The translations under genes and the position numbers were made by a program. A stretch of DNA of 63,814 nt from Lama guanicoe (Eukaryota). Numbering within the stretch: position 1 is the stretch's first letter; the number at the start of each line of letters is the position of its first letter. Shown piece after piece: positions 1 to 11,843 of this stretch. Location: NCBI GenBank assembly GCA_013239625.1, contig MU053629.1:4243753-4307566 (forward strand), read 5' to 3'. Under the pieces are notes generated by a model. It made no database searches. It saw nothing but the letters and a program-made list of their open reading frames with translations, and was not told the origin of the DNA.

Positions 1-2
1 TA

Positions 3-296
<294 letters not shown>

Positions 297-1545
297 TGAG
301 GTGCCGCGCAGCCCCGGGCTCCGTCCCCCGTCACCCCGTCTCTGCACACACGCTGGCCCGAGGCCCCTGACTCAGAACCGCATCCCTGTTGGGAGAGGAC
401 CCATGGCCTTGGCTCCCCGCTCACTAATGATGCTTTTCTTGGCACGGGGGAGCGGCGGCGTGACCCTTCCGCCCGGCCTCGGTGCAGTCATTTATTTTGG
501 AAGCGGAAATAGCAACGCTGTGTTTCTCTCACCGCCCTCGCGGCTGGGGCTGGAGTTCAGGCAGGATCCCCGATGGCCCGGGGGCCTGCAGAGGCAGTGG
601 GGCTGGGCCGCGCGCAGAGATCTGGCCTTGTAAGTAAGCCTGGGGGGGCTCAAAACCTGGGTGGGAGGCATTCAGCCACGGGGAGAAGTGGGCTCCACTG
701 TCAGAGCGCAGTTGTTTTTAGAAGCCCCTCATTTACATGCAAATAAAGTGTGAATCACCAGCACTCTGGGCGTCCAGGAAAACCAATTGGCCAGTCCCAG
801 CGCAGGGACTGTGACTGCGGCGGTGATGCCCGCGTTCCTCTCGGAGCCGTCTGGTGGGGATGAGCCCTGCACCCTGGGCGAGCTCACTGTGCTGAGGTTG
901 ACCACAGGCCTGCGGGTGGGGGTCAGAGCATTAATGAGAGACCCGCTTTACAGATGCAGCCTTTCATCCTTCACAGGCGGTGCTGGCCCCTAGGGGAGGG
1001 TTGCCCCCCACTGCTCATTCAGCAAAGCTTAGGAGAGCTGTGTCAGGGTCTGGGGGTCATTCAGAGAAATCGAGCCACTGTCTCTGCTGTCATGGGACTT
1101 GGCGTCCCAGTTGGGAAGCTAAGACATCCCATGGAGAGACATGTGCATTTGCACGGGAGCAGGCAGCAGAGCCAAAGGGCCGTTTGAGGCTGGCACCCTT
1201 CAGAGAGCAGAGATGAGGGAGGCTGGGCTGAGTCCACAGCCTCCCTGGAGAGGGGAGCTCAAACCTGGCCTGGAAGGATGGGGAGAAGTTGAGCCTGGCA
1301 GAGGCTCCAGGAACAGGCGTTTACAGACTTGGGAGTTGGGACCATGTGGACAAAGGCGGCAATGATCCGATCCGGGCGGGAAGCAGCGGGGAGGTTGAGG
1401 GATGCGAGGACAGCGGGGCCCAGGCTCTGAGGCCCAGCACCTGCTCCTGGCATAGTGGTGAGAGTGTGGGACGGGTTAGCAGAAGGTGTCTCTAGAGCCA
1501 AATCATGGAGGCCATTTAATGAACCACTTTCCTTCCGATTCCCAG

Positions 1546-1620
1546 AAACCCCACCCCCGGGCTACCTGAGTGAAGATGGAGAGACCAGTGACCACCAGAT
1601 GAACCACAGCATGGATGCAG
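1546..1620 (+). CDS. SMAD3: SMAD3 coding exon 4 (75 nt; T179 and PPGY motif)
   Basis: cccag|AAACC...GCAG|gtcaga; translates [25 protein letters not shown] (also visible in ORF 1455..1784). Confidence 0.97.
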
Positions 1621-2925
1621 GTCAGAGTCAGGGCTATGCTCTTAATCCTGAGTGCCCTCCCTCTTTTCCTCCCTCCCTCCCTCTCTCTTTCCCTCCATCG
1701 ATCCCTCCCTCCCTCCCTTTGTCCCCCTTTCCAATATTTAGAGTGATCACTATGTGCCCGGCCCCAGGCCAGGTGCTGGGATAGAGGAGGAGCTTAAGCT
1801 GCTCAGCTGGTGGGGGAGACTGACCAGACAGCCAGCAGTCACATTCACCCTGATGGAAGATGCCACGCGGCGTCAGGGCACCCAGAAGGGCCACCTAACC
1901 CAGCTTGGGGAGGGGGTGCTGGGGGCCGAGCAGTACCTCGCAGGGTAGTTTTTTCCTGCGTTGAGTCTTGGAGGTGTGCAGGGTTTGGCCAGGTCGTCAG
2001 GGCAGGCAGACGGTGTGCCAGGCACGCTGTGGGGGCGTGCGCAGGACAGTGGTGCGTTCTGGGGCAGTGAGAGCCCCATGTGGCTGGAGCGCACTCCTCC
2101 AGAGCAGAGAGAGAGACTGGAGGGCCCGGCACTCAGGGCTTCAAGTGTGGTGGGGGCAGGGGGGTGCTGCCGGGAGCCCCTGCAGGCTTTTAGCAGAGTC
2201 TGAGCCTGGGTGAGCTGCTGCTGCAGTCGGGTGGAGGCGGGGCTCCGTCCCCTGGAGTAGCCCGGGAGAGCCCGAGGCAGGGTCTTCGCCAGTGGCCGCG
2301 GAGGCCCAGTAGCATCTATTTCCGTGCGGTGACCAAATGCGATCCGTGTGCTCCCGCCGTGAGGGACCCAGCCCAGTTGTCTCCAGCCACATCTCCAGAT
2401 GTTCCCGTGTCATTTGTTATGGGACCAAATTGGCTCCAGACCAGCGGCTTCTTGAATTGAACCCCAGCTGCCACATAGCCTGTGCGCTGCCTTGCGTGTG
2501 GCTGGGCGCGGAGGAGGGAGCTGCCCAGATGTTCCGCCCTGACGACAGCGAGCCTGCCGCGTACACGCACAGCCGCCAGACGCAGCGCGGCCACCTGCCC
2601 CACACACAGCCCAGGGAGCGCGCTTCCCCGGAGACGGATGCGGGAAAGTCGCGTGTGCGTTGTGAACGCGGTTGCTTGAAATCCAGCCTGGGCATCTTGG
2701 CGCTTTTGGGGTTTAGCGCACACAGCCCCACACTCCGCTGGCGAGTGGCTGGCAGCGTGAGCCCAGCTGGAGCGCATGGAAGACCTTCCTGTCTTCGATG
2801 CCAAGTGGCCGCTGTAAGCTCACCGCTATTAAATGCTGGCATGGGAAGCAGGCCAGCTAAGCAGCATCTCTGCAGATGCTGTGTTTCTTCCCCCTCTCCT
2901 TTCTTCCTTCCCTCCTCGCTGCTTA

Positions 2926-3585
2926 CAGGCGAACCTCAGAGATACTGCGGGTTCGCTTCCAGACCACTGCAATCAAGCGTGTCACACAAACTTTTCTTAG
3001 TACATGTAAAAATTGTGTTTACATGGTATTGGGGCCTATTAAGAGTGCAGCAGCGTATGTCTAAAGAAACTCGGGGGGAGGGTATAGCTCAGTGGTAGAG
3101 CACATGCTTAGCATGCAGGAGGTCCTGGGTTCAGTCCCTGGTACCTCCATTAAAAAATAAGTAAATAAACCTAATTACCTTGCCATCCCAAGAAGGAGAA
3201 TAAAGTAAATAAAGAGAAGAGAAACCAGGAGAAATTAATCCCCAGTACCCCAATTAAAAAAAAATACTTGATTGCTAAGAAAGGTTAACCATCATCTGGG
3301 CCTTCAGCAATTGTACTTTTTGCCAATAGTAACGGCAAAGATCATAGATCACCATAGCGAGTGTAATAATCATGAAAAAGGGATATTGTGAATATTATCA
3401 GAATGGGACACAGGCACAAAGTGAGCGAATGCTTTGGGGAAAGGGGTGCTGATAGGCTCGCTCGACACAGGGTGTTACCACAAACCTTCAATCTGTAAAA
3501 TAATAATAATAATAATAATAATAATAACGCAGCACCTGCAGAGCAGGATACAGTGAGGTGTGCAGTAACACAAGGTCTGTGCTGT
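2926..3585. mobile_element. Internally deleted Tigger1-family (TcMar) DNA transposon, interrupted by a SINE
   Basis: Starts TA|CAGGCGAACCTCAGAGATACTGCGGGTTCGCTTCCAGACCACTGCAAT and ends with CACAAACCTTCAATCTGTAAAA...ACAAGGTCTGTGCTG. Both match recalled Tigger1 termini and no transposase ORF is present. Contains (TAA)n at ~3498-3527. Confidence 0.8.
3073..3240 (+). mobile_element. tRNA-Ala-derived SINE (Vic-1-like, camelid)
   Basis: GGGGAGGGTATAGCTCAGTGGTAGAGCACATGCTTAGCATGCAGGAGGTCCTGGGTTCAGTCCC, then TAAATAAACCTAATTACC and an A-rich tail. Nested in the Tigger element. Confidence 0.88.
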
Positions 3586-5148
3586 TGTAAAGCAAGCAGA
3601 CGGCCGGAGGCGGTGTGTCTGTGGGATGAGCGGCCGCCTTTCCACCCTCAGCGCTCTTGTTTCTTCCCCTTCCCCTCCCTCCTTTCTGCTCCAACTTCTC
3701 TGTCTCTCCCGTCCTCCTCTCTTCCCCTAAGTGTACCTGCAGGGCCCTGTTGGGAACATTAAGGATTTCTCGAAAGCGGGCCCTGGACCATGTAGACCCC
3801 ATCCAGCCTGTAGGTGAGAGGAGTGGGGGCCCCTGTTTATTCTCTGCTCTCCTCTCAGCCCAGATCGGTTGCCTGTGAGCTTGGCTGCCCTGCCAGCTGA
3901 GCTGCGGTAGCCTCTCAGTGTGGGCCCGAGGATCACTTTGTCCAGCCTTGTGTCTCCCCTAACACGCATCTGTGCCCTTTCAGACCAGTGAGAAGGTCCC
4001 TTGCCTTCCTGGGTCTCCGCGATTCGGGTCAGTCCTGCCTGCGTGCCAGCTAGCACCGGTCACGGTGTGGGCATTTTTATCCACGCCGTCTCACTTCGTT
4101 CCCACAGACGACACGGTAGAGGGTGTCATCCCTGTGTGACACCTGACGAGGGGGGGGGAACAAGGCTCAGGGAGGTTGAACCACTTTGCCAAACCCCGTG
4201 GCTGATGCGTGGTAGCGTGGTCAGACCCCTGGTCAGACCCTCTGCTGCTTCTGTGACTCACCCACACCCCGCAAAAGACTGGGTGCAGGAGAAACCCCGT
4301 GGTTCCTGCCTGGCCCTCGAGGAGGTTCCAGCTGAGCGGGGAGCAGGAAGACCCCAGTAACAGCTCGCGGCAGCATGTGCTGGAGGGGAGGGCTGTGAAT
4401 TTCAGGGGCGGAGCCGGCTGCCAGTCAGTAAAGAACCTCCGGAGCCCCGTGGGTGCAGGGACAAAGGAGGGACCAGCCCAGTGTCGCTCCGTGGAACAGC
4501 AGTCCCTTGGTTTTCTGGAAGGCTGATACCACGTGTGTTTTTAATTTCCTCTGGGAGTAAGGGCTAGAGTGAAGGGAGTAGAGAAGAAAGACTTGGAGAG
4601 TCTTCATGTCTTACGTAAAATCTCAGTCTGGTTGCTGAGCTGTGGGCTTTCTGAGGCCGCTTGGTGAGTTTCCTGAAACCCGCGGAAAGGATTGCATTGG
4701 TATTTGCAGGTGCCGGAGTCGCAGAGGGCTGGACGGCTGACGTCTGGGTGCCTTCAAGCCCACCTTCGCCGCCTGGATCTTCAAGCAGCTGGGGAGGGGG
4801 TCTTCCCAGCGCCTTTTATTCCTCTGGGGCTTTGGCTCACGGGGCGGGTCAGTGTGGGGTCGGTGTACCCTGCCTGGGAACGCAAAAGCCCTGTGCTGCA
4901 GGCGTGGTTAGAAGCATCAGACCATTAGGTGGTGGCAGAGAGCCCGAGGGCAGCCACTTGCCCATCTACTCTGCCGATGAGGAAGCCGGCACCCGGGGAA
5001 GGGAAAGCCCAGGCGAGGATTCGGGGTTCGGCCTTCTCCTGGGCCTTGAGGGCTCAGCCCAGGGCTTTCCTGATGCAAGCCTGCCGTCACCTGGCTCCCC
5101 AGGCCAGGGGTATTTCCTGAAGTCTCACCACTGTATCCCATCCCACAG

Positions 5149-5199
5149 GTTCTCCAAACCTCTCCCCGAATCCGATGTCCCCGGCACACAATAACTTGG
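5149..5199 (+). CDS. SMAD3: SMAD3 coding exon 5 (51 nt; linker SP phosphosites S204/S208/S213)
   Basis: cccacag|GTTCT...TTGG|gtaagt; translates GSPNLSPNPMSPAHNNL. Confidence 0.96.
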
Positions 5200-7079
5200 G
5201 TAAGTAGCTCCTTGTCTGTACGACTCGAACCCCCTTTAGCTGCAGCCCTGGCTGGTGGCCGGTGTGGGGAGGGGGCCTGAGGGTGAGGCTCCCCCTGACC
5301 CGCACCCAGCACAGCCCATCAGGTTTCTGGTTACAGTGCTTCTGGGGTCACCCACAGAAAGGGACACTCGGGAACAGTGGTGGCAGGAAAGGCAGCTGCG
5401 TGTGGGTCTGTATTTCCCCTGGGGGGCGGTTAGACATGAGTGAATGAAAAGCCCCAACCTTGTGCTCGAGAGAGACAGGGTCTGTGGTTGGCGAGCATCC
5501 GTGTGTGGTTTGATGCAAAGCCATGAACAGTGGGCAGACTGCAGCCCCCGGCTTTCGGGGCCTTGTTTCACATACACCTACTTGGATTTTATCAGCTGAC
5601 AGTGATGTCATTTTTATTTGAAACAGCACCGTAAAAGAAATTTGAAAAAAAAAAGTGAATTTCCCAGTGTCTTCCTACCCTAACACAACTGCTTTCGTTT
5701 TTTCATGGTCCTTCTGATGTGGGTGGGTTTAGGCCATATGTGTTTGTGCTTTGCCATTGAGATCACAGTGCATATCCATTTTCCCCTCCTTTTTTTCCCC
5801 TCTTTGTTATTTTGTAAACACATTTCCATACTGGGATGGCTCCTTGATCATCTCGCATCGTCTCCTGACGTTTTGGAGCAGCTGGGCCGTCCCTTCCAGA
5901 ACCTTCCCTCGGTTGTTGGACTTCTGAGTCATTTTTCTGAGACTTGCTTTTCTAATCCACGAGTGTCCTTCACCTCCAGGGCAGGGCCTGCGGAGGACTC
6001 AAAACAAATGAAATACTTGCTCAGCTTTTATTGAGGAGAATTTTTTTCTGTGTCATTCTGGTAGTTTTAGGAAACTGGGAGTTTGACTTTGTTTCAGTTT
6101 GTACCGGGGCTTAATGAGTGGCTCCAGAAAAGAAAGAGTTAATACCCAAGCTTGGTGAATCCAAGTGGATCGGTCTGGCTTTTGTTCCCTGTTGTTCTCA
6201 GTTGTTCCCAGTCCTTGACTGATAGCATCAGATGAAGAAGGTCATCATTTGGAACACGGGGAGCTGCTTGAAAACCTTTTAATACAGGCTGACAAGTGGG
6301 CAGTGGGAAATGGGACGTTGGGGGATCGGTTTTAACATCTTTGTAAAATAATATCACTGTGCGTGTTGGGCTTTGCAGAGGGACGGTGGCATTCTCAATG
6401 TGAAGGGGCTAAAGGAGTTACTAAACACAAACTCTGCAGGCTGGAAGCTGCCTTAACCCTTGAGAACTTAAAGGCCATGACTGTGAACTTGACTCTGGGC
6501 TTTCAGCAATGGAGGGTGAACCCCCTCGCGCCCCCGTGGCCACCACTGCCCTTTCTGTTGACAGACCTCAGGGCTGGTGCTTGACTTTGCCACCTGACTG
6601 CCTGATGCGGTGGTTCAGACTGGAAGTGGTCCCCTGTGTGGATTCGCCTCTAGATTGTGTGGATGAGGGTGACAGTATGCTCTTGAACTTGGCCCCAAGG
6701 CACAATGGCCTGCTGCCCCAGCTCCCTGCCCACCCCCTCCCAGGCTGCCCAGTTCCTCAGCCCCTTGTCTGAGAGTCCGGATTTCTTAAGCCATTTCTTC
6801 CAAAGGAAGCCTGGAGGGCAGAGCGGGGGTGCTGCTGTGCTGGGAAGATGTGAATAGGGGGACGAGTCAGCTGACGAGTCAGGTTAGGACTCGTGCTGAG
6901 ACACAGGCACTGACAGCTGCTTCCTCTCTGAGCCCTTGACCCACACCTTCACCCACTCAAAACTACTGGTAGGGACCCACGTGGTCAGGCCCATAGCCTC
7001 TGGCACCATAGCTGGAAGGGGGTGAGAGGATGGTGATGAGGGTGTCAGACTTTCTTGAGACGTTACTACTCACTGAGTG

Positions 7080-7245
7080 TTTTCAGAGTGCTTCGTGCTT
7101 GTTAATTGAATCCCCATAATGACTGTAGGAGCAGCGGTACTGTAAATTTTTATTTTGCAGGAGAGGAAACCAAGGGGCAGACTGGTTAGCAAACTTGCCC
7201 CATTCACACAGCTGGCAAATGGAGAAGCTGGCTTTGAACTCAGGC
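7080..7245. mobile_element. MIR SINE
   Basis: attttgcaggagaggaaaccaagggg...aacttgcccattcacacagctggcaaatggagaagctggctttgaactcagg. Confidence 0.65.
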
Positions 7246-10200
7246 CTGAGGGATCCAGAACACGTCCCCAGGTGCAGCAGGACCTGCCTTGCTGGGTCCC
7301 TCAGACCAGCTCTCCCCTTTCTCACTCAGAAGAACGAGGCTCAAGGAGGCACTTACGAACTTAGATGAACTTGGGAGCAAATGTCAGGTGGAGGGCCCTG
7401 GTGTCCCATGAGGTCCCTGGGTGGGGTGGGGGCCCTGCCCGTGTCTTCCTCACTCACTCATCCCCAGGCACTTCCTGGCTGCCCCTTGTCTGCCAGTCCC
7501 GGTGGGAATCCAAGAGGAGTCACTGATCCTGTCTTCAAGGAGCTTTTGGCCTGGTTGGGATGAATAAGACAGGACTATAAATAATTATAAAATAAGAGGT
7601 AGGTGCAGACGAAGTCCCCTGAGCATTCAGAGGAGGGCATGGTGGCATCGCAGTGGGGACCTCGTCCAGGCTGGCCAGCGTCTCCTGCGTGTCCATCCAC
7701 CCCACAACTTCCAGAGCACCTGCTGAAGGATGCAGGGGGCAGGTTCTGCGGAGATGCGGCGTCAGGAGAGAACTCCTCATGTCAGGCATCCTTTGGGGAG
7801 CAAGTTTCGGGGGAGGTGGGGGCTGAAGGACAAATAAAAGGTGGGGGAGTCTGGGCAGCCCGCAGCAGCCACCTCTGCCTTTCTTCTTTGTGGCCAGTAT
7901 GTCCCAAACGGTAGGATGCTGACTGGCACACGGAGAGTTCTCCCTGGAGAAAGACGGGGCATCTCCGGGCATCTATTATTTCTTGTCGAGAAATTATTAT
8001 ACAAAAGAAAGCAAGCATAGGACATCTGGCTCCTGCTTCATTTCTTCCCCACTCCAGGTAAAAGGTGGAGCCTCCTGCCGCAGCAGAGCCGCTTGGGGTG
8101 CCCCGTGGAGGAGCCCGACTGGTGACTGAGCCCCAGCTCAGCTGCGTGGCAGCGGCGGGCTCCGGGCAACCCTGGGGCTTTGTTTTGCAGGGAAGGGATG
8201 TGAGCAGGTGATGTTCCTGTTATTACACATTGTGCTGGATGAGTCACCTGGAATTTCCTCAGCATTTAAATCAAGGATTGGGGTAACCGGAGAGGGGAGA
8301 GCGAGGGAGGTGGGGAGAGAGGAGAAAGATAATGATCCAGATCCTGCCAGTGAGTAAGCTGTTGCCTGCTTGAAGGTGAGACAGCTCGGGGCGGGGGCCT
8401 GGACGGGGGGAAATGAGGTACTAGGGAGTGTCCTGCGGCAGCAGCTGAGCTGAGCTTACGGAGGTGATGGCTTCCCAGAGGGCCTTGGCCTGGGGCTGCC
8501 TTCCCCTCCTGCCAGGAGACGGGGCCCCGGTGGCAGGGTAGTGGGAGGACCCCTGGTCCCTGAGAGAGGGCGGGGGTCCACGTTACAGGCCCGACCCGAT
8601 CCCAAGTGTCTCGGGCTGCTGCACAAGGCTTTTCCTGAGGCCTCTTCAGGCTCTAATCTTCCATAAGCTTGGAACACCACGGGCAGGCGTCTTCATGGCA
8701 GGAAGTCGGCGGCCGGCTGTACCATCACGCTCCCGAGGGTCCCTCCGGCTCCTAGATTTTTCCTTTTCCACTGATCTTGGTCTTGGTAAACCCGTCCTCG
8801 GTTGAAAGGGCCTGGGTTCCTTTCTGTGTATGAATTGGTTTGCTGCCTAATCCTCGTGACAGGTTGAGCTGGTGCAAGGCTGCTGGGACCCGGCTGGCCT
8901 GACTCACCCTCAGGTCCACAGGTGACTCAGACACCAGGGTGGGGGGATGCTCTCACGGCCACCTGAGCTGGGCCTGGAAGGTTGAGTCCCCGCAGATCAG
9001 GGTGACAGGCAGTCCAAGCAGAGGGAACAGGGAGGGCTGAGACACAGCGGCGCGAAGACACGTGGGGACTGGGCTGTGGCGTCTCCTGGACGGAGCTGCC
9101 TTCCTCAGGTGAGCAGGGCCAAGGCAGTCCGTTTGTGTTCTGACCTTGAGCTTCGCGGTGTCTGTGCTCCTGGCCTTGGCCTGCTCCCTGCTTTCAATAT
9201 ATGGCAGAAAGTTAATTTCCCCCTCCGCCTCCCCCCTTTCCTTTACCGGATTTGGATCTCTTGCACATGTTTTTAATAGGCATCCCTTAATCCAAGTGTT
9301 GCCTTCTGGGTTTTATTCTGTTTTCTTTTCCTTAAACAAAACAGAAAGTCTATGCCAACTTGGAATCGGACTTAGAACTGAAGCCAGCCCATGCGTTGGG
9401 CTGGCAGGAGGCCAGGTGTGAACGAGGTGCCCCATGCCACTGAAGGAGTCTGGCTGACACTGCACCGGTGGGGGTGGGGGGCCGAGAACGGGTGGAGTTG
9501 GGGAGGTTCCTGTGTCTCCAATATGTCTGCTGCAGGAAGAGAGGTTAGCACAGACACAGCAGTCCGGTGGGAGCAGAGCTGTCTCAAGGGACGGCCTTGG
9601 GAACGCGCCATGGGCTGCCACTCCAGGTGTGCCTAGTCCTTGGCCTGGAAAAGTGAAACCGCTTTCCACTGGGGCACGTCACCTTACCCCTGTTGAGTCA
9701 TCCTCCCAGAGGAGCCCGTCAGTGGCGTATGTTCAGGTTTTTTCCCCCCAAAAAAGCCACCTTCTGTAAAACTGCTTCTGCATTTGTTGGGGAGCTCTTG
9801 AAACCAGGCCTGCTTGGCTGGCTGGATTGATTGATGTGGGGGAGGAGAGCCACCTGACAGATTTCTTCTAAGATTTAGTGTCCAAGACAAGCTTTATTTC
9901 CCTTGCAGAACTAGTAAGAAGGATCTGTTCACCAACCAGAGTCATGTAGCAAATTATGCACCCTTTTTGCCTTGTCTGCTAGGAAGCTCAGAGCCAAGCT
10001 GAGTGCTCTTTCAGTAGCTATAAATTCATGATTAGCCTCTTCATAGTCTTCTCTTTTCCAGGATCCTGACTTTTTCTTTCTCTTGTACTGAACCATGGTG
10101 TGGATAAGTCCTTTGGTAGGAAAGAAATGAGGGCATATGTGCAGTTTAAAAACAAAGTGCTGTCCAAGGCAGAACCCAGCAGTGGTGATCATACTTTGGT

Positions 10201-11389
10201 CTGCAGCTCCTCTTGCAGAAATGCCTGGAGGGAGCACTGAGGGTGATGGGAGGGAGAGAGATGAAAGGCAGGCCGACTTTCAGTTGTTTGCAGATGACAG
10301 TAAGTGCAGGGCTGGGGCGCTGTTCTGGTTCAATCCTGCTTCTGAACATAGGTCAACTCGTCCAAACAGCACTCTTGTAAAATGGCAGCCTTCAGACTTG
10401 GCCTGGGCCTGAGTGCCCTGCATCCCAAACTAGCATCTTCTTAATTATGTGTCAGGATCCTGTGTCCTGTGTTTTCCACAACACTGTCCTGTGCGTGTCT
10501 GCGAGTTGCAGGGATGTTTAGATAAGGGCTCAGATCTGCTTGGGAGGGCCTCTTGGGCTGGGACCCCGGGCCTCTCTCTGATTCTGAGACACCTCAAAGC
10601 CTGTACTTACTCAGAACGCAATTTTGGCCCCATGTTACCCAATGGGTGACCTGCTGGCTTTTCATTACCTAGGAGGGTACCTCTCTCTCTTCAGCCTGGA
10701 CCAGGCCCAGGTGTTGGACAAGGCTTTATAATTTGGGGATGAGGACTCTGCCCTGTTCTGCAGTTTGCTGGGGAAGCCAAGGCTGGTCCAGATCAGCCAC
10801 GGCTGCCTCTTCAGGGTGACCCGTGCCAGAAACACCATGACCTACATGGTCTGCTTTCGATGGCTTCCAGGCCGCTGCAGTCACTGTTCAGACTGGGACA
10901 CTGAGGCTAGAGAGGGAGGTCATGTCCCTAAGGTGGCACAGCAGAGCCTGGCCCCGGGCAGTGGGGGCCCGCAGTCCTTCCCTGGTCCCTCCTGGGCCTG
11001 ACGCGCTGCCCGACCACCTTGAAGGCTTGGAGTGCACTTGGACTTCATAGGTGGTGGTGGTGCTTGTTTAAGGTTTCCAAGCAACATAGCTCACATTTTA
11101 GTGACCACATTGTTTAGAATATAGCTTATCTCATTGGAATGTTGAGCATCGAGCAAAGCCAGAGCCGGATGTGGCTGACGTGGCTCAACCCAGCCGCGGC
11201 TGCTTCTGCCCCATTGCACCTCCATCCCCATTAAGTCACTCGGACCCCCTGCCTTCCCTCCTCTTCCCTTGCTGCACCCTGGCAAGAGGGGAGGGGGGCA
11301 AGGGTGCTTTGCCCTACTTTCAGTGGAGGTCAGGATAGGAACAGGCTGTTCTTCAGTTCATATAACCAAAATGATGATAATTCATGTTC

Positions 11390-11600
11390 ACACCATTTAT
11401 TAAGTGCTTGATGCATGCCCTGCACTCCGTTTGAATCATCCCAGTCCATCCACAAACAGCTTCTGCACTTGGGTGGCTGGGGCAGACGTGGACGTTGAAA
11501 CTCAGAGATTAACTGGTTTGCTTACTGGCGCACAGCTGGTCCGCGTCTGAGCGGAGGGTGAACTCTGGTCCATCTGGCCTTGAAGCTCGTGCTCCATGAC
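11390..11600. mobile_element. MIR SINE
   Basis: ccatttattaagtgctt...gaaactcagagattaactggtttgc...cacagctggt. Confidence 0.6.
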
Positions 11601-11618
11601 CTAGTTGGACATCTAGGG

Positions 11619-11843
11619 CAGTGACTGTCAACGGGGGGCTCCTTGCCCCCTAGAAGCCCTCTCACAATGTCTGGAGACCTTTCTTACTGTCACAGCTTGG
11701 GAGGGTGAGATGGATATGTGCTGCTGTGTCTAGTAGGTGGAGGCCAGGGCTGCCGCTGCACATCTTAGAATGCGCAGAACTGCCCCCCGCAACAGAGAAT
11801 TATCTGGTTCCAAATCTCAATAATGCCAAGCTTGAGGAAATGG
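11619..11843 (+). mobile_element. MER20 (hAT-Charlie) DNA transposon with 8-bp TSD
   Basis: caatgtctggagac...tgtcacagc...tctagtaggtggaggccagggctgccgct...caacagagaattatctggttccaaat. Flanked by atctaggg (11611-11618) / atctaggt (11844-11851). Confidence 0.85.

Noticed and set aside
2337..3098. 253-aa ATG ORF in SMAD3 intron 4
   Set aside because: Runs through a Tigger relic and ends in a SINE; no recognisable homology.
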